Translations under genes and position numbers: made by a program | Shown: in pieces, positions 10,488 to 21,099 of the stretch | How positions within the stretch are numbered: the first letter of the stretch is position 1 | Layout of the letters: every line of letters begins with the position of its first letter | Notes under the pieces: generated by a model | Database searches by the model: none | Told to the model about the DNA's origin: nothing | The model's input: the letters and a program-made list of their open reading frames with translations, nothing else | Assembly: GCA_016748015.1 (NCBI GenBank) | Contig: JAAOMT010000708.1 | Span: 62,001 to 126,000, forward strand | Length of the DNA stretch: 64,000 nucleotides | Source of the DNA: Geosiphon pyriformis uo1 | Taxonomy: Eukaryota; Fungi; Glomeromycota | Direction: 5' to 3'

Positions 10488-11276
10488 TCAGATGTTGGTC
10501 ACCTGTTCTAGGTTGGTATAGGCTACAAATTTTTCTGACTCGGGATTGTCAGGTGAGTCTTGTTGATTTATTGATTGATTTTGAGACTGCTGATTCTCAA
10601 TTTCCATTTTTCTTTCTAAGTCCCTTTTGTCTTGACACTCTTCACAGCACTGACTTTGGCACGGGATGAGACAGTTTTCACAGAGGTAAGTGTTGATTTG
10701 GGCGAGGTATTGTTCTTGCTCTTGTCGAGTGGGGCATAGTTGTTGGTAGTAGTCCTGGAATTTGTCCACTGGGTCGAACATGTTGTAGCTGGCGACTTCA
10801 TCGGCTACTTCGGCTGACTCTTTCCAATGTCGTATTTCTTCGGCGGTTCTTCCTCTTACTTTGGCTTGTGCAGTGTTGTACAACTCGTTCTCATCGTGTG
10901 GGTAGTGCTGTAGTCTTTTTAACGCTCTGTTGAACGCTGCTTCGAACGGCGTTCCTCCTCTTACCCAATCACAGATGAGGATTGTGTATTGGCAAGTTGC
11001 GTCACACGTTCCTCCTTTGCCTGGTAAGTCATTCCAATCACACCCTCTTGATAACGGTTCTCCACAAGCGAGGCACGGTTCCTCGTCTCATTTTCCATGT
11101 CTTTCTGGGTAACCGTATTTTTCTTTGTTACAACGGTTACAATAGTAGTGGGTGGGGTTTCTTGGGTCTTCGTCCGGTGCGCTGCACGTAGTCATAGACG
11201 AGAGTTTCTTCTTGCAAACCGAGCATTCTAGCTTTGGTCTGCATTGCTGGTGGTTTCTTTGTGAACTTACCTGGTT
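10488..11276 (-). pseudogene. Cys-rich domain of unknown function in A1 pol
   Basis: CSVC-x8-C...YYCNRC...PCLAC...TCDATCQYTILICDW...PHDENEL...LCENCLIPCQSQCCEEC; same frame as gag and protease. Confidence 0.85.
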
Positions 11277-11933
11277 CTATTCGGATCTTTCTTTGCTGGT
11301 CCACGTTGGTACGGCTGGTAGTCCTGTTCTTTGGTTATCAGCCCAAAAAAGCTGATAGGTTTTGATGGCTGGTAGTGCTGGATTTTTCTCAAATTCGAAG
11401 GTAGGTCTTTGGTTGGTGCTGGGTTTTTGGAAGTGGCCACAGGTGGCTGGAATTTTGGCCTGGTGGCCATTATAATTGATCAGAAGCTCTTGGGTGGTCC
11501 AGTCTAGGGTGGCGTTGGCTTTTGTTAGCCAGTCATTCCCTACTAACGCTTGATATTGTGTATCATCCATTACTAATACTTTTGTTGGTATTACTATGCC
11601 GTTAATTTTGAAAGGGAATGAGTCAATTTTGCCATAAGGCAGCTTTGTACTTCCATCAGCTGTTATGATTTGGGACGTCGCGGCACAATCAACTTTGAAA
11701 CCCAGTTGGTTTACTAGTTGAAGCGTTACAATGCTTCCAGCGGATCCGCTGTCTAAGATAAGTTTGATTGGGGTATTGTTTACAGTGGCTTCTGTATACA
11801 TAGCAGTGATTGGGCGTTTTTCGTCCAATGCTGCTCCACTGAACATAGCCTTGTTTTCCTCTAATTCAAAAGGAAAAATAACTGCGAGGCTGCTATCTTT
11901 AGTGGCAACTGCTGGTGGTATTGTCTGGCTCAA
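11277..11933 (-). CDS. Retropepsin protease region of A1
   Basis: LILDSGSAGSIV catalytic motif; ALVGNDWL. Confidence 0.92.
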   Translation of the reverse strand: MSQTIPPAVATKDSSLAVIFPFELEENKAMFSGAALDEKRPITAMYTEATVNNTPIKLILDSGSAGSIVTLQLVNQLGFKVDCAATSQIITADGSTKLPYGKIDSFPFKINGIVIPTKVLVMDDTQYQALVGNDWLTKANATLDWTTQELLINYNGHQAKIPATCGHFQKPSTNQRPTFEFEKNPALPAIKTYQLFWADNQRTGLPAVPTWTSKERSE

Positions 11934-12047
11934 TTTGGAAGAATTCTTGGTTCTGTTTATGTTTCTACCATCATTGTTTCCGATGATCAGGTTTTCCAGT
12001 ATATTAAGGTAAGTTTGTTGATAATTTTGGTAGTTTGGATTGGTTTG

Positions 12048-13064
12048 CTAATTGGTTCCGGCGCGGTTTGGATTCCTCTGGACCAATGCGTTCTGGTTCC
12101 ACATGGGCTGATTTTGGGCCTCGGAACGCCAATTTGGGTTGGCTATCATGGGCTGTTGCTGGTAAGCTCCTTGATTTTGATATGTAGTGGGATATTGGCG
12201 TGGTATTGGCATGTACTGGTTTCTGCGCATTTGGGGTGGCGCATAGTAATTATTTTCACATGCTTCCTGCATCATTCGCGTTCGACATTGACTAATCAAA
12301 TGTCCTACACATTTGCAAAAATGACAGGCGCGTGTTTCTGTTCTGAATTCCTGGCGTGACGAGTGATTATTTCGACTGTCGCTAACTTTCTGGCTGTGTC
12401 TTTGGGGTGGTTGGTATGTATTTTTTCTCGGATTCGGGATGAGGTAACTTTCTATTTTCTTAGAGAGTTCCTCCCTTAATCGCGTTATTCTTTTCTCTAA
12501 TGTTTCTGTCTTATTTTCCTCTATTACCATGTTAACCATTTGACTATGGTTAGCTTTTTTCTCAGCCAATTCAAGAGCTCTGGCGAGCGTAACGGCTTCT
12601 GGTAAGGAATTAGGGTGGGCAGGACGTACTTTTCCTAAAATGCTGCTTTTTAATCCTCTAATAAACTGATTTAAAACCTGAGGATCAGTATAGTATTCTT
12701 GTTCAATCGCTTCAATCTGACGGCAAATTCGATTGAATCGAGCAAGGTATTGGGTGACAGTTTCACCGGTATTTTGCTTGATAGTATTGAATTTGTTCTG
12801 TAGTTGGATTACGGCGTTTGGATCACTAAAATACTCCAGGAGTGCATTTTTAAATTCGGCGAAGCTCGTGGGTTTTGTTTCCAGGCTTTGATACCATGAG
12901 TCGGCTGTGCCTTTCAGGAAGAAAGGTAATGTTTGAATTGCTCTTTGGTCATTCCAGTTATTTGCCTGGATGGCTTTTTGTGCTTCTCTGAGCCATGTGT
13001 ACACGTCCATTTCTTCTTCCTCTCCTGAAAAATCTGTTAGTCTTGCAATATATGGTGTGGTCAT
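12048..13064 (-). CDS. gag capsid/nucleocapsid of A1
   Basis: Retrotransposon-gag signature (LKGTADSWY, KQNTGETVTQY, FIRGL) and CHFCKCVGHLISQC knuckle. Confidence 0.93.
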   Translation of the reverse strand: MTTPYIARLTDFSGEEEEMDVYTWLREAQKAIQANNWNDQRAIQTLPFFLKGTADSWYQSLETKPTSFAEFKNALLEYFSDPNAVIQLQNKFNTIKQNTGETVTQYLARFNRICRQIEAIEQEYYTDPQVLNQFIRGLKSSILGKVRPAHPNSLPEAVTLARALELAEKKANHSQMVNMVIEENKTETLEKRITRLREELSKKIESYLIPNPRKNTYQPPQRHSQKVSDSRNNHSSRQEFRTETRACHFCKCVGHLISQCRTRMMQEACENNYYAPPQMRRNQYMPIPRQYPTTYQNQGAYQQQPMIANPNWRSEAQNQPMWNQNALVQRNPNRAGTN

Positions 13065-13440
13065 TTCGTTGCCGTTTTCTGCTGGTGGGTTTATTGGTCT
13101 AAGAGGAGGTGGGATGATATTTCCTTGAGTGTTCCTAAAGGTGGCTTCCCTTATATCCGGTTCTTCCTCTTGATCACGAGTTTCTTGGTTTCTGGACTGG
13201 CTGCTTGTTTCAGTGACTGGTCTTGTGATTGTTTTTTCGCTGGTNNNNNNNNNNNNNNNNNNNNNNNNNNNNNNNNNNNNNNNNNNNNNNNNNNNNNNNN
13301 NNNNNNNNNNNNNNNNNNNNNNNNNNNNNNNNNNNNNNNNNNNNNNNNNNNNNNNNNNNNNNNNNNNNNNNNNNNNNNNNNNNNNNNNNNNNNNNNNNNN
13401 NNNNNNNNNNNNNNNNNNNNNNNNNNNNNNNNNNNNNNNT

Positions 13441-13777
13441 CTTTGGTTTTGTTGGCGCGTTCCCTAGTGTTTCCTGTGGATATTGGAAAATTTTTGTTGG
13501 CGTATTGCTCAATTTCTCGATGGATTTTGACAATAATTGCGGCTATTACTGCTACTTCTTTTGTAGTGTATTGTGATAATTCTCTATACAATCCAAGTTT
13601 TGCGTCATGTGGTTCTTTTTCCTTTCCTATATGATAATTTATTCTGGCGTTGATATAATAAGTGAGGGCAGATTCTGCTAGACAACACCCTTCTGGTAAT
13701 CCAAGATCACTTTGATTTTGTGTGTAAATAGCACGGCAGAATTCAAGAACAGTAAGATTAGGGGTTTTTGTCGCCAC
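13441..13777 (-). CDS. N-terminal gag domain of A1
   Basis: Homologous to B1 4004-4381 (LEF...LGL...AESA..Y.N..I...YREL). Linkage to capsid crosses an N gap. Confidence 0.7.
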
Positions 13778-13840
13778 TTTTGTCTTTTCTTTTTTAACAA
13801 TGAATTATTGCTAATTATTATTTCCTTTTTGATTTTCTTT

Positions 13841-13857
13841 CCTCGTAGGGTTCACCA
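13841..13857 (-). promoter_or_regulatory. Primer binding site of family A (TGGTGAACCCTACGAGG), probably tRNA-Trp
   Basis: TGG 2 nt after the 5' LTR; the complement ...GGGUUCACCA resembles eukaryotic tRNA-Trp 3' ends (inference). Confidence 0.75.
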
Positions 13858-13859
13858 AA

Positions 13860-14725
13860 TGTTACGGGATGGTTTTCTTGTTATATTTAATTGCTGATAT
13901 CCTGCTTTAATTGCAATCAGTCTTTCATGAGTTCCTCAATTCTATTTGTGTAATAATGTCACTGTTACACTGAAGGCTTTTTTTTTACTGTTGTGATGTA
14001 AGTTATTTTTTAATTCTTGATTGTCGTGTGTGTTTATGTACTCCTTCTCAGAGGCTGAACTGAAATCTACCCACTGTCTGGGGTCTTCTCTGAGGCTATC
14101 CTTGCAATTGCCTGATGTGTTTCTCTAATCTAGAAACACAGAATGTTAATAGTCTTTAGTGCTTTTCTAATTCTCACAATAAAGCTTTTATCAATTAGTA
14201 ACAACGTGAATAATTTTGATCAAGGATTATTCTTCCAAGGGTTTCAGTTGATGAATGATAGTTTCATTCAATAAATAATACAAGTAAGTTTCTTAATACT
14301 TTGGGTTGTGATAGTTCAGTTTTAAATATTCTTTTTCATTTCTTTTTGATTTTAAAGGTTTCTTGGGATATTTAATTTGAAAGTATGATTTAAAGTGGAG
14401 TTTGTTGGATAAAATTGGATCTATTACTTGATAAGTTATGATTTTTATTACTTGATTGATTATTTCCCAATATTAAAACTACTGTATATATACATGTTTG
14501 TAGTTCTACGAGAAAATACTTTCTTTTTGATATTTCAACCTGGTGTTTGCTGCTATCACCAGTTGGTGTTGGCTGCTATTGTAAACTAGTGCTTGCCACT
14601 ATCATGAGATGGTGTTTGCTACTATGTTAATCATTACCTTTCTAAGATTATTACTGTGCTATATTATGATTGAATAGTTTGTATTATTTTTATGATTCTT
14701 TTTTCTAAATTCTTAAACTGTAACA
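13860..14725 (-). repeat. 5' LTR of A1
   Basis: TG...CA ends, TATA near 14484-14493, 23-bp repeats in U3. Confidence 0.97.
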
Positions 14726-17700
14726 CCAAGTATAAGAAGTTGAATCATACGTCATTAAGCTGTGTTATAGGTGGGAAAGTTTCTCCTAGTAGTTCATTGT
14801 GTAGGATGTTTTTTGATGCAGATAAAAGCAGACTAGCTGCAATATACTCCAAACAATCTGCTCCAATTATTCATCCCATTTCTTTTGGTGGCCTTTCTTG
14901 AGTGAAGATTACAGGTAAGTCTTCCTTCCCCCTTCTCTTTGGCCGAGTTGTTTCAGTAAATGTTGGTTTCTCTTCAGAGATGAAGCCATCCCTACCAGTT
15001 ACAACAGAAATCAATAATAGGTTTGCCACTCTTGAGCACAGTCTTGCCAGCCTCGCAGAGCATGTTGATAAGCTGGCTAAAAAGTTGGAAACACCTGTAC
15101 CAATGGTTTCCCAGCTTAGCCTTGGATGTTAGTCATTGGTGACCTCTTTATTACAGAATCAAGGGGCAGATATAGTGATAAATAAGGATTCAGGTGTGGT
15201 TACTAGTGGTGAAACTGTTGTAGAGGTGGTAGTTTTTGACAATTCTGTTATTGAGAAAATAGAGGACACTTTAAAAAATCTTGCAATTATGGTTATGGGC
15301 CTTTCAACTAAAATGGATAATACCAATATGGTTCCTGTTGATCAACCTTCTCAATGACCAGTTTTATGTGGAAGATTGCCACATGCAATGTTAAAAGTAT
15401 GACAAATTTAGCAAAGCAGGAGAACATTATTAGGTGGCATTTGGAATTCAGTAACATGGTTTCTGTTCTTACTAAGACTAAGTTAAAATTAAATATTGGG
15501 CCTTAGATAAAGAACAAGTTTGAAGGTGTTAGAATTTTCACTTTTGGTCTGGAAGAGAGTTATCTTGGTGTGGGCGTGGCTATTGTAATGAGTAGCTTGT
15601 TGGCTCGAAATGTTTCAAAGATTGAGGAAGTTTTTGACCAGGTTGTTTTTGTTTGATTATTATTCAAGAATAAGTTTTCAGTGACGTTTTTGGGTTTGTA
15701 TATTGGTGCTTTAGCCAAAAGAAAATTTGCTCAGGCTTTTGGTGTCAACTTGCTCATCTTCAAGGCTGTAAATACAAGCTTTTTTGTGGTGTTTTGTGGT
15801 AATTTCAATGAAGATGGGACTAAAAAGTGTGCCAGTTTCAAGAAGTGCTCAGACTTGGGTTTGGTCAATTTATTGGGTGGTTCTCCTTTGCACAAATCAA
15901 GTACTTGGAACAACTTGCAAGAGATCAACAAAGTTATTGACTATATTTTTATTAGTGAAAATCTGGCCTTGGCTGTTGTTGGGCAAGAGGTTGCTTCAGT
16001 GTCTGGATTTTTTAATACCAATTATAATATGGTTGGTATCTTATTAGGGTTAGGGGGCTTGGTAGATGTCTGTCTAAACAATGTTCATAGACAAGCTAAT
16101 AAAGATCAATGGAAATTTGGGATCAAGAATGCAGATGTAGTTAAGTGGATGTATTTCAAGGAACTTTTTTCAGCTGCTTTGGTTTTGTTTTCAGATTTTT
16201 TTCTAGTTGCAAAAGATAATGGTAACTTGGATGGGATGTGAGAGGTTCTAAAAGATGCAATTTGTGTTTTAGCAAATGAAGTGTTTTCTAAACATTGGTT
16301 TTGTGAATTTAATAGCCCAAGAAACAAACAGTCTTCAAGATTTTTCAGATTGGAATCTTTGGTAGCAAAAATTTTAAAGTGCCTGTGTTTAGGTCATGTG
16401 TTAGAGTTTGATTGCTTTGTACAAGTCTGGTTGACCTTAGACAATATTGAGACTTCTAAGTTTACTGTTATGATCCAAAATAATTTGAAATCAGATGTTT
16501 TGCATAGTCATTTGTCAAAGATTAAGAAAAAGTATCAAAAGTCCAAATACTATGAGATTGAACTTGCCAAAAGTGAATGCATTAGAGATGTGATTGATAA
16601 GTGTATGGAAAGTTTTAACTCAAATAAGGGTGGCATGATTAGAAGCATCCTGGAATGATTATTTCATAAGATTGTTCTGGACTATTTGGTAATTGGAAAT
16701 GAGCTGATTTTCAAACTGAAGGAGGTTAGATCCAGAGTTGATGAGATTATGGTGAACTGGACTCACAAAAAGAAGAAGTATTTTGTTTTACCTAGTGTAT
16801 GAGCTCATTAATATGCTCCCTTAGCACATGTGGGTAATAATGCTTTTTCAGAAGTAATGTGTAGTATTAGTTTGGGTAAATTGTCTTTAGTGGTTAGCGG
16901 ATTGCCCAATGGCAAAGCCACTGGTCTTTCTGGCATATTTAATGAGTTGTGGAAGCATAGTGGTGATGATGTGATGGCTTGTCTTTTGGATTTATTGAAC
17001 TCTTGTTTAAAAGCTGACAATGTTTCTGTTTCTTAGAAGAGGGCATGAGTATCTATGATTCTCAAGCCATATGACTGAGATGGGGTTCTAACAAACACCA
17101 AACCAATTGTGCTTATTAAGACAGCTAGGAAGATTTTGTCTAAGGTTTTATCAGATCATATCTTGTTTGTGTACAGCAAGTTTAGCGTTTTGCGTGGTGA
17201 CAACTTCTCAGTCTTGAAAGGCATTTTAATTCAGTCTCCCATTTTTGCTGTTGGCTCAGTAGTCGAAAATGCTCTAGAAAAGAGTTGTGAAATTTGGTTG
17301 GTCTTACAGAATATGTGAAAAGCATATGATTCAGTCGGTTGGTATTATTTAAGGTCCAGTTTAGAGTAGATCAAAATGTGTAACAGGTTCATAAAATTCT
17401 TTGGCAATATTCATAATAACAGAGTCAATAGAATTATGACCAACTTTGGTCTTTTAAATGGATATGTAGTTCATAATGAGTTGGACTAGAGTAAGATTTT
17501 TTCTTCATTTCTATAGAAGATTTTTTATGACTCTTTGTTGTGTGAGGTCAAAAGGCAAGAACATTTGTGTGAATATAGAATTATTTTGAATTTTGTTGTG
17601 AAATCTGGCAGGATTGAGTTTAGTGATGATAGATCTTCTTTCTTTGCAGCTGGTGTTTTTGTTAATGACACAATCTGAGTGGAGAATGGTTAGGCTTCAA

Positions 17701-20700
17701 CACAGTACATTTTAAATATTGTGAGTGAGTTTTTTGAGCTTAATGACATTTCAATAAATAATGACAAGACTATGGCCATTTCCATTAATCTAAGAATGGC
17801 TAGTGCTTCCTTATTTATCAGTGGTAGGCCTATATCTATAGCAAAAGATGATGAGTCTTATAGGTACCTGAATATTTTTTTGTTAACAGAAGATCTGTCC
17901 AAGCCGAGTCTTGCTAAAACTTACACAGATGTTAAATTTTTTTCAAATATGGTCTTCAGGAAGGCTATATCGGATAAACAGTTTTCTTATTTGGTTTCAG
18001 CAGTCCTCTAGCCTATTATCTGTTATCATATTCAGTTCAGTTTTGTTACCAAAAGTATGTGTCAAAGGTGGGATGTTATGGTCAAGAAGAGTCTTAGGTC
18101 CAAGGCTTTGTTGCCAAAGAACTTTTTTACTAAAGCTTTATATCATCCATCTTTGTATAGTCTGAAGTCTTTTAAGCAAGTGCAGACTGAATTCAAAATT
18201 GTCTCAGTGGTTGGTTTTTCTAATGCATCTGGGATTCTTGGTCATTTGTTTGTGCACCATGTGTTGGATTTACAAATTTTGGGATGGGTGCCTCTTCATC
18301 CTCTGAACCATCTAGTCAAGCTAAGAGTGTGTTCCTTAAATAACTTTCTGGCAGGTGTTGTAAGGATCTTCATTAATGCAAATGTTTCTTTGTTCAATTA
18401 TATGCCCTGTGTATTTCATGGGCCCAATCATTTTCTGATGTCTAGAATTCTTGGAGCTGTTGATTATTTTGATGTGGTGCATTTCTTAAAGTGATTTGGC
18501 ATTGTCTTTGGAGATGTTCTAGTTACCAAGCATGATCAGATTATGGATTGGAAGACTTTTTGGCATTGAAAGAGATTGAGTCCTAGGAATCCAGTGCCTT
18601 CATAGTTTATAAGAGCTTTTGTGCATGTAAATAACTATTTGGCAAGTTCTGGAGTGAGCAAAGCTGGTGTAGACTGCTCTGATTTTTTTGTTCGAATGAT
18701 TACTTGTGTGTTTGTGAGTGTTTGCATGAAGTCTGAACTAAAGAGCTAAATGTGTATATTAATAGTTCATTGAGTGGTCTGGGTATGGGCAATGTGGCTT
18801 GTGGAACAGTGGCTTTTTTTTTTGAGATCAGTCTGAATGTAGGTGTGAGAGTTCAGGGTTTATTATCATCCACTTTAACTAAGCTATAGACAATTGTTTT
18901 GGCATTGAAGCGCATTCTTTTATCATGCTCTGTGGTGCTTCATTTGGATAGCCAAATGGCTTTGGATACTTGTGCACAGAAGAGTAAATTATGCCAATCC
19001 AACTTTCGTAATCATTGCTAGATAGAGAGACGTTATATTTATAACTTAATCAGATCAAAAAACATTTTGGTAAGATGAGTTAAGATGAAAGAGCATTCAG
19101 ACATTGTAGACAATGATCATGCAGATGTTCTTGCTCATGCTGTGACACATTCTAATTTAGCTCTTTCAGTTGGTGTTTCTAATAGATTTCTTATGGCAAA
19201 TGGTCTTGTCATTTCTAGTAATCCTTGACATTTTGTTCATAACATATATCGTGCTATGAACCAGGTTTTATGGGAGGCTGGCTTGGAGCTAATGTTTTGG
19301 ACAGTTCGGACATCTGGCGTGTTGACTAGAAGTGTACTGCCTCTGTTTGGTATTTAGACTCTCATATGTTACCAGATTTTACTAGTAGAAGATCAGCTGT
19401 ATTGCATACTTATCTAATGAAGGCTGTGCATAGGAAGTTGCTGGTAGTTGTCTAAAAAAGACTGTATGACAAGTGCTATCTGAGTGTTTTGTGTTTAATG
19501 TGTGGGGAAATTGAATTCTCTGACCATGCTTTCATGTACTCCACTAATCTGGTGGTGTATTCTGAAGTTATCTCCAGCCACATCAACTTGTAGAAGTTCT
19601 TAATGAGTGATCATCTCTTGGCTTTATCTTCAATGCTTCTTACTCTTGCAAAGACCTTGGATAGCAATGTGTATATTATGTTGTGCAAAGGTTTTGTTCT
19701 TGTTAATTGGATAAGAGAGGCTGTTGCTGTCTTTGGAAATAGAAAGAGTGCTATTCCAATTGTCATTGATTTTGTTCATTATTTGACTAAGAGTCATTGT
19801 AGTAGAGCATAGTTGTTGAGATCTAAATTTAGGATTGACATAGAAAAAAGTGGTTTGGTTTGTGACACAGGTGAAATCTTTGCTCCTTTGCATGGTTTGT
19901 TTAGTCTGCTATCTAAAGATGTGGTTTACATACTTGGTATAATTGAGTCTTTTGCTGTTAGTTTTGGTTTTAGAAATTGGTGTTTGTTTTTTTTGGGTTT
20001 GAATAATGGTGATAGAGTTTTTGTAAGTGTATAGTGCTGTCTTGATTGGCCTGAGTGGTTGATTACATGTAAAAAGCACATGAGTCATATTTAGTTTGAT
20101 TTATCTTGTTTGTTTCTGTATATTAAATAGTGGTTAGACTGCATTTGTTAAACTAGTTAAAAAAAAAAAAAAAAAACAACATATTTATTTATTAAAAAAT
20201 AAATTTTACTATTTTTATTGGAAAATAAAATATAAATCTTATTAAAAATAATATTATTGACAATATTAATTTTACAAATACTTAAAACTTTTAGCTATAT
20301 AGAAAAACTTAAATAATATATAATATATTATAAAAAAAATTAAACAAAAATATATTACAAAACTTAATACAGTATAACCAAATTAATTAATTTATAATAG
20401 TTGAATTAAAAAGTAAATACTAAAATAAGTGGCTAAATATGATAAACTTTTTTGGTATATTTTACTAATAATTTTTTTAAAAATTTTTTTTACATAATAT
20501 TATTTTTAAATAAAAAAAACAGTACCAAATTTTATTATATTTTTATAATAAAAAAATATAAAATACAATTAAAATAAAATAATAAATAAATATATTATGT
20601 TTTATTATTTATAATATTTTTAAAAAATTCGAAAAAACAGAAATAAAAATAATTAGCTGCAAAAAAAATAAAAAATGTATTATAAACATTAAGACAATAT

Positions 20701-21099
20701 TTTTATCAAAATTTTTTAATATTTTTAAGGACTTTAAAAATAAAATTAGCAAAAAAAATATAAATATTTTTTTTAATATTATCTAAAAGTATTTAATTAA
20801 TTATAAATATAAAAAAACTTGGTTTTAACAATTTTAATATTTATTAATCTTAACAAAAAAAATTGTGTAAAGTAAACTTAAAAACATCTTAATAATAATT
20901 AGAAAAAACTGTTTTTTCAGATAAAACAGCTTTTTGTATATTTAAATACAGTAAAATATTAATATAAAAGTTAATAATCAATTTATACTTTACCAAAAAA
21001 TTAAATAAAAATTATGTAGTTTTTATAAAAAAAAAATTTATTTTATTTTATCTAAATAATATATATTAAGTTTTATGTAGAAATTATCTGTGAAAATTT

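Larger units (their letters stand above)
6940..14725 (-). mobile_element. Ty3/Gypsy LTR retrotransposon family A, copy A1; both LTRs present, integrase core deleted
   Basis: 866-bp LTRs at 6940-7805 and 13860-14725, CCAA TSD (6936-6939, 14726-14729), PBS, PPT, order gag-PR-dUTPase-RT-RH-IN. Confidence 0.97.
6086..20176 (+). mobile_element. LINE copy L-a (ORF1 remnant 6086-6939 + 14726-15357; ORF2 15354-20034: APE-RT-RNase H-CCHC; poly(A) 20159-20176), interrupted by LTR elements A1 and B1
   Basis: WKIATCNV (APE), decayed PIALIETARK and KAYDSV, VFVNDT (RT), decayed RNase H, C-terminal CLMCGEIEFSDH, conserved 3' UTR and A18 tail. Many transition-derived stops. Confidence 0.93.

Noticed and set aside
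11277-12050. Stop-codon readthrough in A1 gag-pol
   Set aside because: Several in-frame stops are each explained by one transition from TGG, CAA, CAG or CGA.
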